NCBI GenBank assembly: GCA_965116875.1
Contig: OZ220733.1
Coordinates: 5,376,001-5,440,000, forward strand
DNA: 64,000 nt
Direction of reading: 5' to 3'
Source of the DNA: Candidatus Latescibacterota bacterium
Lineage (GTDB): Bacteria; Latescibacterota; UBA2968; GCA-2709665
Every line of letters begins with the position of its first letter. The first letter of the stretch is position 1. Positions 9,249 to 19,410 of the stretch are shown here, in pieces. The position numbers were made by a program, and so were the translations under genes. The notes under the pieces were generated by a model, which worked only from the letters and a program-made list of their open reading frames with translations, ran no database searches and was not told where the DNA came from.

Positions 9249-10307
9249 TCAGCCCACGATACGGGGCAGCACGTTTTCCGCCTTCCCATCCACAAAAAAG
9301 TCCTCTTTGTGCAGAAATTCCGGGCGATCCGGAGAAATCGCAACGACCTGCATGCCGTTGTCGCGGGCATAACTGATCAACCCGTGTTCATCTCTACCGA
9401 GCCCGATCGCCATTAGGACTTTGCCTTCCGAGAACCACGCCCATCCACTCGCATCCGGTTTGAAGTCGTCAGGATTCTTCAAGTGGACGTTCACAGATCC
9501 CGCCCTCTCATGAAGCTTATCGCCATTGCCGGTAATAATGTGCCGGACGCGCCCTCTCTCCTCAAGGTCCGCCAGAGCCCGGTGCGCATCATTGGGTTCC
9601 GCCTGGATGAATGCAGCTTGAAATCTCGCAAGAATCCTCGCGAGTTCTCGAGGCCTTTCAATCATGAATTCCGCCACGGCCCCGGGAAACGGTTCATGCA
9701 ACGGGAAGTGCCGCTCCAATCCCTGTGCGTCTCTGAAGGTCGGGATGCCGCTGCTTGCGGAAATTCCGGCTCCCGTGAGGGCAACCACGGGGTCTTGTGA
9801 AACGAGAGATTGCAGGTCTGAAACCGCGATCTCTTTTGTGGCCTTCGGACACGCGCCCACGCTTACCGGGTAGTATTCATTTCTGAAGGCAAGAGGATCA
9901 TCCGGCTTTACCGACTTCGACTCGATGCGACTGAAGTGGACTTTTCTCAGGTCCGCTGAGTCGCCATAGCTCAGCAGAAGATGACTCGCCGTGGTTCCTC
10001 CAGAGTTTTCGGAGGCCATGAATTCAACGTTCCAGTCGGCAGGCTCATGAGCAGAATTCCCCAATCCGGTACACAGCTTCTCTCTGAGCTGTTCCGGCAG
10101 GCCACCGAGTTCACCCATCGCCTGTTTTCCCGAGCAAGCCACGCATAGACCAAGCAGATCTACGCATCCCGCTACGTCCACTCCCAATCTGCCGTAGAAT
10201 CCAAACGTCCTTCCAGGGCCAATAAAGGTCCACTCGAAGCTTGTAAAGCTGCCCCAGATCAATCTGTAGGATTCAAGCTGTGAGCGCGTGAGATTTAGAA
10301 CGAACAT
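9249..10307 (-). CDS. Atypical Sir2 (sirtuin)-domain protein with N-terminal extra domain
   Basis: ALTGAGISASSGIPTFR, PNDAHRALADLE and ITGNGDKLHERAGS motifs; no HG motif or Zn ribbon. Confidence 0.8.
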   Translation of the reverse strand: MFVLNLTRSQLESYRLIWGSFTSFEWTFIGPGRTFGFYGRLGVDVAGCVDLLGLCVACSGKQAMGELGGLPEQLREKLCTGLGNSAHEPADWNVEFMASENSGGTTASHLLLSYGDSADLRKVHFSRIESKSVKPDDPLAFRNEYYPVSVGACPKATKEIAVSDLQSLVSQDPVVALTGAGISASSGIPTFRDAQGLERHFPLHEPFPGAVAEFMIERPRELARILARFQAAFIQAEPNDAHRALADLEERGRVRHIITGNGDKLHERAGSVNVHLKNPDDFKPDASGWAWFSEGKVLMAIGLGRDEHGLISYARDNGMQVVAISPDRPEFLHKEDFFVDGKAENVLPRIVG

Positions 10308-10391
10308 CTCGATGTATCTGTCAATTGCTGGTTCACGCCTTCGTCGCAACGCAAACAACGCCGTTGACGTTTGTACGCGGATTGAACATGT

Positions 10392-11216
10392 CTAGCCGAG
10401 ATGCTCTTCCATCCATTCGATGGCAAAATCCGCCAGATTCCTCGCGTCGAACAGATAGGAGTCCGCGGCGCCAACCATCCCCCTGGCGACGCTTCCGCGA
10501 TCGAGATATTCTTCTACAATGCGCTGGAAATAATCACCGTCGAGCCGGTCAACGATTCCGTTCGACGAATCGAACTGCTCGAACGCGATCCATTCGCACC
10601 TGCCGTCGCGCATGACCGGCCATCGATAGCGCTCAGTTCTCTTGTCGGGTATGGCGGCCATATGCTCCGCGTAGTGAAGAATGGTCAGGCTATCGAACAG
10701 CGGTCCCAGCAATAGAACCTTCCCCCCAACGTCGCACAACTTCTCGAGAGGGGAACCCGCGCCATAGCCGAACTGCAATGGATGGTCTGACGTAATCCAT
10801 TCCGCCTTTGCCCCGACTGCAGCCACTCGCGCCTCGGGATGGTCGCTGCAACGCACCCCGGGCCACGTTCGCAGGTATTCCGTAAGGATGCTCCAACGGC
10901 GATTGGCGCGAGTCCGATACGGGTCGAACGGCGGACACTCTTCCAGATATGCATCCTTCCAGTCCTCCGGCCAATCGTCGAATTCGTTCAATGGCTCCTC
11001 ACACTTAATGTACATCATCAAGGTTCCCGTTGAACCGATCACGTCCAGGATCGCCCGAAGTACCATATCAGGCCCCCCGACGATCCAGCCGACGGCCTTG
11101 ACGGAAGCATGTAACATTACCGTGTCACCAGCAACAAGCCGCAGTTTCGACAAGTCAGATACCAATCTGCTTCGAGTAATTACAGGCAGGGATGTGTTGA
11201 CCATGTTGATTATCAC
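10392..11216 (-). CDS. Aminoglycoside 3-N-acetyltransferase family (AAC(3)/YokD-like)
   Basis: GDTVMLHASVKAVGWIVGG, EYLRTWPGVRCSDHP, YGAGSPLEKL, TILHYAEH motifs. Confidence 0.85.
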   Translation of the reverse strand: MIINMVNTSLPVITRSRLVSDLSKLRLVAGDTVMLHASVKAVGWIVGGPDMVLRAILDVIGSTGTLMMYIKCEEPLNEFDDWPEDWKDAYLEECPPFDPYRTRANRRWSILTEYLRTWPGVRCSDHPEARVAAVGAKAEWITSDHPLQFGYGAGSPLEKLCDVGGKVLLLGPLFDSLTILHYAEHMAAIPDKRTERYRWPVMRDGRCEWIAFEQFDSSNGIVDRLDGDYFQRIVEEYLDRGSVARGMVGAADSYLFDARNLADFAIEWMEEHLG

Positions 11217-11242
11217 CCGTTCCAGGGAAGATCTTGCACCGG

Positions 11243-11380
11243 GTCTAACGCTCGATGTCCCGAATCGCGATGCAGTCGGATGAGGGTGCGAATGCGAAAA
11301 TCTAATTGAAGCGTGAATGTGTAACCATCGGCAGAATGGCCGATGACGCTCCCGGGGCTACGTCGATGCGGCGTGGGCAA
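11243..11380 (-). repeat. Degenerate attC-like site
   Basis: Canonical R' GTTAGAC at 11243-11249 upstream of the AAC(3) gene; imperfect partner arm overlaps the HNH gene end. Confidence 0.4.
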
Positions 11381-12122
11381 TCAGATTCCTAAGTTCATCG
11401 AGGGTTAGCGCCCGCTTGGCCTTCCTGTGGATCATACGATGGCAATTGCTGCAGACCACCGCCATGTCTCGCCACGGATCGACTTCAAGACCTTCATCAG
11501 GTGCCGCACTGAGCTCTTGCATGTGATGGACCTCCGCGAAATCACGCCCCCATTTGCCGTAAACATCCTCAAATGCAAAACCACACACTTGGCACTTGTA
11601 TCCATGAATTCGCAGCGCAGCAGACCGGAGTCGGGGGCTTCGTTCGCGTCTTCGCGACACGACAGCCTTGGTATTCCCCTCAATGCCCACGGTTACGATC
11701 TCGCAATCCTCATCCGACTCGGCTTGAAGATCGCTAAGCACGGACGACGGAATGGATGCGACGTCGACGTCCGCAAGGTGGCGTACCGCTTCCCAGACCT
11801 CAGCGTCGGTACGAGTTTTCCACTTCTTCAGCACGCGAGCATCGCGTTTTGGAAGAGCCTTCGGTTCACCCGCGACTCGCCAGCCGCGACGTCCGGAGTC
11901 GACGTGACTGTCGAATTGATCACGTGAAGCCTTTAGACTGTTGTGGAAGGTTCGGAAACTTCTGCCGTCGCCAAGTGCGTCGAAGAACGACGCGTAGGCT
12001 TTGGCCCAAGAATCGGTTCCCAATTCCGCAGGAGGAAGCGTCTTTCCCGCGTCTCCCTTACGACCGCAGCGGGAAAGGAATAAAGCTGAGAGGATGAATT
12101 CTTCACTTCGCTCGATTGACAT
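11358..12122 (-). CDS. HNH endonuclease (McrA-like C-terminal domain)
   Basis: RERSPRLR..ALRIHGYKCQVCGF...EVHH...VCSNCHRMIH. Confidence 0.88.
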   Translation of the reverse strand: MSIERSEEFILSALFLSRCGRKGDAGKTLPPAELGTDSWAKAYASFFDALGDGRSFRTFHNSLKASRDQFDSHVDSGRRGWRVAGEPKALPKRDARVLKKWKTRTDAEVWEAVRHLADVDVASIPSSVLSDLQAESDEDCEIVTVGIEGNTKAVVSRRRERSPRLRSAALRIHGYKCQVCGFAFEDVYGKWGRDFAEVHHMQELSAAPDEGLEVDPWRDMAVVCSNCHRMIHRKAKRALTLDELRNLIAHAAST

Positions 12123-12209
12123 CCGTATTCGCCCCGTTTTCGTTAGGCCGACATTGGACTCAAGGAAACGTGCAGACAGCTATTGGGGCGGTCGCGCTAC
12201 CCTTTTTAG

Positions 12210-13451
12210 CTATTGAGGAAACACCAGTATTGCATCGCATCGGCGGCGTTCCTTGCGCACGCCACCCCTGTGAATGTCCGAGTAACTGTTCACCACCTCT
12301 CCCCGGACCACCATCGTGCTGGACCCACCTCCGTCCAGATTATAGGCATTGTACGCGCCAAGACCGGCAAGGAGATCCGTGAGCTCCGGAAGGGTCATCC
12401 CCATCGCCAGATTGGGCTGACGACCATCAGCGACGATCAGCCAAAGCGTGCTATTGTCCTTTGACATCCCTATCGCCGTCCTTGGATGTCTCAGGTCATA
12501 AAACCACGGCTCAAAGGACTCGGCGCCGTAATCAGTAAACCGCCGGCCATCTCGAATCAGCAGTGTCCCGGCGCTCGTATAGCTGCAATCTTCCAATGGA
12601 AGCGGGCTACCCGGATTCTCCCGGGAGGTCAGCTGATAGCTGATCTTCGCCTTTGAACCCACCCGGGCGTGCTGCTTCAACCAGTCGGCATACTTGCCGG
12701 ACCCGGAAAGGACGTATCCGTTGGAAGGGATGAGATTGGATCCGACATTGTCGCGGATGGCTGAAACCGCATCCTCCCGCACGATTGCCTCGACACCATT
12801 TCGGTCGGTGAGTGTACTTCGGTTCCACTCCGGTGTATAGAGGATGAGGTCATTCTTGTCGAGTTCTTCTTTTTCGGCCCCTTCTTTATCCCATCCACGG
12901 ACTTCGTTTCGCCTCCGGTTGATTCCGGTCACCTCGCTCTCTTCACTTTCATCCATTGTCACCGTTATACTCAACAGTGGTTCCGCGACGATCATGGTCT
13001 GCCTGTCGTTCCTCGTACAGATTCCAACGCTCCTGCGACCGGGCGATCGCGGTTCGCTCAGGATCTTTCCATCCAGAACAAAGAACTCGCTTGGATCGCC
13101 GTGAAAGATGTTCCATGCATTGTTCGAAAAGGAGTATCCCGCATTCACGGCGACAAGAGCGTTGTATCTCCTTGCCATATCGCTTGTCGCCTCCTGCCCG
13201 ATGATCTGATTCATCGCCATGACCATCTTCAATCGGTACTTCCGCAGGTCTATCTCCGCGACGTGGACGTTCTGGGGAAGCCCGTCGCTGGTCGAGTCCG
13301 CGGAGATATGCGTTCGAACCAATCCGGGTGCGACCTCGGTCACTGTCGCTTCCACATTGGCATTCAAGGGTGGAATCTCGTTCGCGCCGACCGTAAATCC
13401 GCTCAACAATAGTGCTGCCAACAACAGCTGGATGCTCATTCGCTTGTTCAT
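12210..13451 (-). CDS. Secreted phosphodiester glycosidase (NAGPA-family) protein
   Basis: Signal peptide MNKRMSIQLLLAALLL; HPRTAIG, ADGRQ and NLDGGGSS motifs. Confidence 0.88.
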   Translation of the reverse strand: MNKRMSIQLLLAALLLSGFTVGANEIPPLNANVEATVTEVAPGLVRTHISADSTSDGLPQNVHVAEIDLRKYRLKMVMAMNQIIGQEATSDMARRYNALVAVNAGYSFSNNAWNIFHGDPSEFFVLDGKILSEPRSPGRRSVGICTRNDRQTMIVAEPLLSITVTMDESEESEVTGINRRRNEVRGWDKEGAEKEELDKNDLILYTPEWNRSTLTDRNGVEAIVREDAVSAIRDNVGSNLIPSNGYVLSGSGKYADWLKQHARVGSKAKISYQLTSRENPGSPLPLEDCSYTSAGTLLIRDGRRFTDYGAESFEPWFYDLRHPRTAIGMSKDNSTLWLIVADGRQPNLAMGMTLPELTDLLAGLGAYNAYNLDGGGSSTMVVRGEVVNSYSDIHRGGVRKERRRCDAILVFPQ

Positions 13452-13518
13452 CTCGATCTCCCAATACGATTCGCCGTGCCTGATGCTGGACACATACGTG
13501 TTATGCGGTGAGTTGACC

Positions 13519-14310
13519 TCAACAGTTTGTGTCCTCCGAATCTGAGATGGATTGCACTCGATACCAATACCGGTATAACGCGCTGAAACCAAACTTGCGT
13601 TGCAGAGCCAGAGCTGGCTCGTTGTTAGCCATCACCTGCAAGTATGCCAGACGCGCTCCCTGCTCAAATCCCCACTTTAGCCGTGCCTCAAGGAGCCGAC
13701 GGCCAAAGCCCTGTCCCCGATGCTCGGGATCTACCAGCAAGTCAAAGAGACCTATGATTGAGCCCGAAACAACTGCGCGGGCGCAACCTACGGATTTACC
13801 ATCAGTCCGGGCGATAACATAGGCCGACGGAGTGGAGATGGCGTTGAGCAGACTGCGAAATACCTCAGAGTGCTGATTGCGATCAGACAGACCTATCCAG
13901 GTTTCGAACCACTCATCAGTTGCACATTCGTATAGCGATACGACAGAGGAGCTATCGGGACTGGCCTCAAGTCGCTTGGTTTGAACCAGCGTTTCGGCGT
14001 CACTGGAGTATTGACGTTGGGCCAATGTCTCGTCCAAATTCCCAGGTTTACAGGTTGGAAAAACCTTGAAAAGACAAGGTAGCGATGCCCGCGCGTACGC
14101 AGCTTCACAATGAACTAGCTTCTCCTGGAGCTGGGTTGTGGATCCGTACAGCGGGACTACACAATTGGCACGGCGACTGTATCCCTCAGACATTCGAACG
14201 ATCCAGCCGTCGTAGAACTCTGTTTGCAGCGCGGGTAGCCCGTTCAACGCGGCCTCTTCCAGCGTTGCTACGAGCTCTGAGTTGTTCGTTGAATCAATAG
14301 CGTTCGTCAT
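13519..14310 (-). CDS. GNAT N-acetyltransferase
   Basis: GYSRRANCV N-terminal motif; VDPEHRGQGFGRRL..AYLQV..N..ALAL..KFGF. Confidence 0.88.
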   Translation of the reverse strand: MTNAIDSTNNSELVATLEEAALNGLPALQTEFYDGWIVRMSEGYSRRANCVVPLYGSTTQLQEKLVHCEAAYARASLPCLFKVFPTCKPGNLDETLAQRQYSSDAETLVQTKRLEASPDSSSVVSLYECATDEWFETWIGLSDRNQHSEVFRSLLNAISTPSAYVIARTDGKSVGCARAVVSGSIIGLFDLLVDPEHRGQGFGRRLLEARLKWGFEQGARLAYLQVMANNEPALALQRKFGFSALYRYWYRVQSISDSEDTNC

Positions 14311-14312
14311 AG

Positions 14313-14380
14313 GAATAACATCACGCCAGTTTGCAAACCTGCGAATGTGGATTGCCGATGGCCAGGCGCCGACAGGCGCG
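14313..14380 (-). repeat. attC-family half site (R' arm)
   Basis: GAATAAC-ATCACGCCAGTTTGCAAACCTGCG..TTGCCGATGGCCAGG matches the family consensus. Confidence 0.65.
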
Positions 14381-14493
14381 GAACTCGAATTGCTGCACGG
14401 CAGGACGTGGAATACTCTGCGTCTGATTGAACATATTTGGTTTCATTTGTTCCCAACCATTCGATCGAATGCGTCCCAACAAGGGGTGCGGTT

Positions 14494-15396
14494 TCAGGCA
14501 TTCGTAACCGTTTCAAGATCGCGACACGCCTTCAGCAAAGCCTCCTGGATGTTCAGAAACTCTAGATATCCGGGTGGTAATGGATACCTTGCACTGTCAA
14601 ACGACTGAAGTGGATCGATGATCTTCTGCCTTGCAAAGGTGTAGAGAGCTTTCTGGTGCTCTGTCGCCTCCGGCGCCTGGTGAAAGGAGATACGACAATT
14701 ATTCCGCCACAGTCGAGAATCAACCGTATCGGCCATCGCCTGAATTCGTGAGTCTCGATTTTCAAACTTCGAGCTCAGGTATTTGGACAATCTCTCGGCC
14801 TGCACGTGTGGATTTCGCACGATATCTTCGTACCCGACAAAAAGCCGGTGCGCCGCGTATTCGGTGTGGCACAGGATCAGCGTCATCATGTGCTGCCAGC
14901 GCAGCAGATTCATCGCCACGAACGAAATCCGGGCTTTCAAATTGGACGGCATGATGAACTTCTGCCACGATACGGCTGTGTCCAGCGGGTGGCGAACTGT
15001 GATTATATAAATCGCATCTCCCCATATCTGTTTAAAAAACGGGAGATAATGACAGAGCGCAGGATCCTTCCAGAACCAGGGGCCGCCTGCGTCCATCTCT
15101 GACATCAGGGCAGCGGCTTTTGTTCGATACTCTGGGTCAGAGGCATAATTTCCGATTCGATGTTGAAAGTCACGGTCCCACCAGGTCGCACCGGAAGCAA
15201 AATCCCCTAACTCGGCCAGAAAGTCCCATAACGGCAGGTATTCCCAATAGCCGCGGGGCGCATGCGCATCTGCCGCGTGCAGCTTTTCGGAAGCGCCTGC
15301 ATACGCGCCCCATGTGTGCACCATCTCGGCAACCACAGATGTCCCGCTGCGCTCTGCGCCAAGTACGATAATAGGTTGGCTTTCAGAGGCGGTCAT
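14494..15396 (-). CDS. Sulfotransferase family protein
   Basis: PAPS-loop IVLGAERSGTS, WKDP and RHPLDTAVS motifs. Confidence 0.85.
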   Translation of the reverse strand: MTASESQPIIVLGAERSGTSVVAEMVHTWGAYAGASEKLHAADAHAPRGYWEYLPLWDFLAELGDFASGATWWDRDFQHRIGNYASDPEYRTKAAALMSEMDAGGPWFWKDPALCHYLPFFKQIWGDAIYIITVRHPLDTAVSWQKFIMPSNLKARISFVAMNLLRWQHMMTLILCHTEYAAHRLFVGYEDIVRNPHVQAERLSKYLSSKFENRDSRIQAMADTVDSRLWRNNCRISFHQAPEATEHQKALYTFARQKIIDPLQSFDSARYPLPPGYLEFLNIQEALLKACRDLETVTNA

Positions 15397-16121
15397 TTCA
15401 AGTGCCCTTGGAGACATCCACTAATGACGCATTACGTTTGGCCGCACCCGATTCGAGAGGAAGTAACGCGCAGGCGTCCCGACGTTGGAGCCGGGAACGA
15501 GTGCGCCTGCTGAAGTCAAGGACCTCAGGCCGCTGTCAGCAGGATCGGCCGGCCATCGGTAATGACAACGGTATGCTCATAATGAGCCGAGAGAGACCCG
15601 TTCGAGGTTTTCATGGTCCAACCGTCGCTGTCTTCAACGGCCCGGGCCGGATTCTCGGCAATCAATGGCTCGATCGTGATCACAAGACCATTCGTAAGCG
15701 GCGTCAAATCGAGCGGATTATAGGTATTGGCAACGATGGGGTCTTCATGGATGACGCGACCGACTCCATGCCCCGTAAGCTCACTGACAACCCGGAATCC
15801 CTGTCGCGTAACCTCTTGCTCTACGGCACGGCCGATGCAATTGATCGGTTTGCCTGCACGAGCGACGGCCACTGCCTTTTCGAATGCCGTTCGGGCGCAC
15901 CGACACAATCCAACGGCTTTCGGGGAGCAGGGCTGAATCGGAATGGTTACTGCTGCATCCGCAATGTAGCCGTTCAGTTCCGCGGTGACATCCAGGCTTA
16001 CAATGTCACCCTCTTCGAGCACTCGATCACCCGGAATACCGTGAACGATTTCGTCATTGACGCTTATAAGATTGAGTCCACTCCGAAAAGTCGAATTTAC
16101 TTATTGCGGAAAAAGTACTAA

Positions 16122-17822
16122 CCTGATTAATTCATGAATCGTCAGAAGATACAATTTAGGGAAGCAGAAGGAGCTTCCGTGTGATATGAGAAACGACAGT
16201 GCCGCTGCCGTGACTGATTTGGCGTGTCCAAGCCTTTATTGTGGCGTCTGCTGGGAGCACGGTAGCGCCGTTGCGTCAGGTTGACCATCATGTGATGGTC
16301 AAGGGGACAGACGTCTCCATGGCCATTGTTCGTGTCGATCCAAACATGAAGGCGGGGTCAGCACGTCTAGGGATTTATGGAACAACACCCGTTGCCAGAT
16401 TATAGAGGATCTTGCCATAAAGGTGTTTGAGTGGAAACACCGTCGGTAGATGGAACTTGATCCTGGTTTTCAACTCACAAACGCGCGCAGCGACTTTCAA
16501 GAGCCGGTTTTGCAGGGTATTGAACTGTGCGTGGGTCCACTTCGTGCCGCGCAACCCGATCGTCGCCAGGGAATGCATCAGGACATAGGCGGCGCTGTGG
16601 AGAAAGAGACGGAAGTGATTGGCCTGGAAGGTGTGACAAGAGGTGCGATCGGAACAGAGAAAGGTCTTGTGATTCTTGATGAAGTTTTCCATCCTGCCGC
16701 GTGAGCAATAGACGGTTTTGTAGATGCGTGACGGTTGGGCGTGTTGCAGGTTGGTGACCACGAATCGGATATTATCTCCTTGAGGTGTCACTTCCGCCTT
16801 GCAGACGATGCGTTGTGGACAATCCCAGGTCTTCGCCTGATAGTTCCAGCAGCGATAAAGGCGCACGGTTTTTCCCGAAACGGCATACGACGTCTTGGCC
16901 TGGTCCATCAAGGACTGTGCCTTCCGCAGGAGTATGGGGTTGCTGTTCTGTCCGAGGACAAAATACACATCTTCTTCCTCACACAACGCGTGCACTTCCG
17001 GACACGAAAAATGCGCATCGCCACGTAACAGGATCGCCACGTCGGGCCAGGCTTTACGCAGGTAGGCGATCACCCGTTTAAGGATGGTGACGATCTCTTT
17101 TCCCGTGGGCCGCCTGCCAGGGCGCAAGACCGTCGTGATCAACTTGCCGGTCCGGCCTTCATAGATATGCAGGGGCTGGTAGCAATACCCCTTGAAATAC
17201 GCATTGAACAACGACAACTGTTGAGACCCATACACCTTGTCTTCGGTGTCATCGATATCCAACAGGATGGCTTCAGGCGGTTCCTCATACGAGGCGATAA
17301 ACACGTCCGCAAAGGCCCTGGCGATCCGAAACAAATCGGTTCTGCTGATCCGGTTCTCGAACCGACTCATCGTGGGTTGACTGGCCAGCGCCGCACCGGA
17401 AAGCGGCAACCGATCACAGGCCGCCTTGAAACCGGGGTCCTCGCGTAACGTATTGCAATCGTTCGCATCCTCATAGCCGCAGGCCATCTGAAAGACACGT
17501 TGCTTGACCAGATCCACCGTGGCGTGATCCACGTAACTTTGATGCCGACGATCCGTGATGGCCTCAACGATCCCATACAAAATGCCGATTTTGGCCTCCA
17601 CCTCACGAAGCAGCATCACCCCGCTGTCGCTGGTCAGGATGCCTCCATCGAACGTGGCTTCTACCTGTTTGCCAGAAAGACTTGCGAAAGACATCCTGTG
17701 ATGCTTATCTTGACCTTCCACGGTAGTTTCCTCCTGTGTCATTGTGTGATGGTTATGACCGTAACCATATTATAATACAATGACTTGGGTATGGAAACTA
17801 CCTTTTTTATGAATTATTCGGG
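16122..17822 (-). mobile_element. IS1380-family insertion sequence (inner element)
   Basis: TIRs CCTGATTAATTCAT / ATGAATTATTCGGG; CTAA duplication at 16118-16121 and 17823-17826. Confidence 0.92.
16375..17742 (-). CDS. IS1380-family transposase
   Basis: FDGGILTSDSGVMLL, GYEDANDC, LASQPTMSRFEN, LDIDDTED, RGRMENFIK motifs. Confidence 0.93.
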   Translation of the reverse strand: MTQEETTVEGQDKHHRMSFASLSGKQVEATFDGGILTSDSGVMLLREVEAKIGILYGIVEAITDRRHQSYVDHATVDLVKQRVFQMACGYEDANDCNTLREDPGFKAACDRLPLSGAALASQPTMSRFENRISRTDLFRIARAFADVFIASYEEPPEAILLDIDDTEDKVYGSQQLSLFNAYFKGYCYQPLHIYEGRTGKLITTVLRPGRRPTGKEIVTILKRVIAYLRKAWPDVAILLRGDAHFSCPEVHALCEEEDVYFVLGQNSNPILLRKAQSLMDQAKTSYAVSGKTVRLYRCWNYQAKTWDCPQRIVCKAEVTPQGDNIRFVVTNLQHAQPSRIYKTVYCSRGRMENFIKNHKTFLCSDRTSCHTFQANHFRLFLHSAAYVLMHSLATIGLRGTKWTHAQFNTLQNRLLKVAARVCELKTRIKFHLPTVFPLKHLYGKILYNLATGVVP

Positions 17823-17835
17823 CTAAATTCCAAGT

Positions 17836-19410
17836 GTGAACAGGATGCAGAAGGATAATGGTAGAGAACGGGGGACAGGACAGATGTTTAAGAGAAGCGC
17901 GTCGCGCAGTCAACCGGATTTGTTTTCGAATTTCGAGTCACACTTCACGGATCGGAAACAGGCGCAGTTGAATGATGCGAAGTCGTGGCATAATCAGTTT
18001 TACGAGCACCTCACGTCAAAGATAGACGAGGATGTGTTTTCGGTGTTGTTTGATGCCGACATCGGCCGTCCCAATGCGCCCATCCGTCAGTTGTTTGCCA
18101 TGATGATCATGAAGGAGGGCTTTGGGTGGAGCGATGCGCAACTGTTCGAGCAATGTCGGTTCAACATACTGGCGATGCGGGCATTGGGATTGATGAATCT
18201 GTCTGATGAGGCGCCTGTGGAGTCGACGTATTACCTGTTCAAGCAGGCCTTGTATGCATATCAACTGAACACCGGTCAAGACCTGGTTGGCGAGGTCTTT
18301 AGCAGCTTAACCAAGACGCAGGCCAATGCCTTCGGTGTGTTGGGTCAGCAAATCCGAATGGACAGTAAGTTGATCGGCTCGAACATTGCGTTGTGTTGTC
18401 GGTTGCAGTTGGTGGTGAGTTGCTTACACCGGTTCTGGGGATCGTTGGACGAGGACCTGAAGCGAAGATTATCGGCAAGAGATCGGCAGGTTCTGGACGC
18501 AATGCTCACGGTGAAACCCCATCAGGTTGTCTACCGACTCACCCGTGCTGAAAAAGGGGAGAAGCTACAGGAATACGGTGTGTTATTGAGCAGGCTTCAA
18601 GCGACCTATACCGAGCAAGACAGCGATCACTATGGTGTGATGGTGCGTGTTTTTGGAGACCAATATACAGTTATCTCGTCTTCTAAACAGGTGCTTCCCA
18701 AGCCGCCTGACGAGATCTCCGCATCCTCGTTGCAGTCCCCCGATGACGAAGATGCGGCTTTTCGCAGGAAAGGAGAGGATCAGGTAAAAGGATATAGTGT
18801 CAACCTCACCGAGACCTGTGGTGGGGAGGGCCTCAACTTGATCACGGACATTGAGGTGAAATCCGCGACGGCACCCGACAACGGGTTTGTGCAGACGGCC
18901 ATACAGCGCACACAGCAGGTGGTCGGACAGGTTCGAGAAGTATCGATGGATGGGGCCTATCATGATCCATCCAACGCCGAGTATGCAGAACAACAGAACA
19001 AGCAATTCTATTACAGTGGCTTGCAAGGAACCCCGGGACGTTTCATCTATGAACGCACAGATGACGGCGTCACCGTCACGGATCGAAAAACCGGAGTGGT
19101 GCACATCGCCCAGGAATACAAACCGGGAAAATACAAACTCATCATCGATGGCAAACCCCGATACTTTAAAGAACAGCACATCGACAATTACCTCAAACGC
19201 AAACAGATTGAGGCCCTGCCTGAACACATCAGAAACCGACGCAATAACGTCGAAGCCAGTATCTTCCAGTTAAGCTATTACACCCGAAACGGTAAAACCC
19301 GCTATCGCGGATTGATGCCACATCAATGGTGGGCGCGCTGTCGCACCTTATGGGTCAATCTGGTTCGGATCCGGAATTACGTCGCAACACCCACGATGCT
19401 TCCCGCATAA
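17836..19410 (+). CDS. DDE transposase (DUF772 N-terminus; IS5/IS1182-related)
   Basis: GRPNAPIRQL, RMDSKLI, LQSPDDEDAAFR, MDGAY, RNNVEAS, KTRYRG; start may be the ATG at 17884. Confidence 0.85.
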   Translation: MNRMQKDNGRERGTGQMFKRSASRSQPDLFSNFESHFTDRKQAQLNDAKSWHNQFYEHLTSKIDEDVFSVLFDADIGRPNAPIRQLFAMMIMKEGFGWSDAQLFEQCRFNILAMRALGLMNLSDEAPVESTYYLFKQALYAYQLNTGQDLVGEVFSSLTKTQANAFGVLGQQIRMDSKLIGSNIALCCRLQLVVSCLHRFWGSLDEDLKRRLSARDRQVLDAMLTVKPHQVVYRLTRAEKGEKLQEYGVLLSRLQATYTEQDSDHYGVMVRVFGDQYTVISSSKQVLPKPPDEISASSLQSPDDEDAAFRRKGEDQVKGYSVNLTETCGGEGLNLITDIEVKSATAPDNGFVQTAIQRTQQVVGQVREVSMDGAYHDPSNAEYAEQQNKQFYYSGLQGTPGRFIYERTDDGVTVTDRKTGVVHIAQEYKPGKYKLIIDGKPRYFKEQHIDNYLKRKQIEALPEHIRNRRNNVEASIFQLSYYTRNGKTRYRGLMPHQWWARCRTLWVNLVRIRNYVATPTMLPA

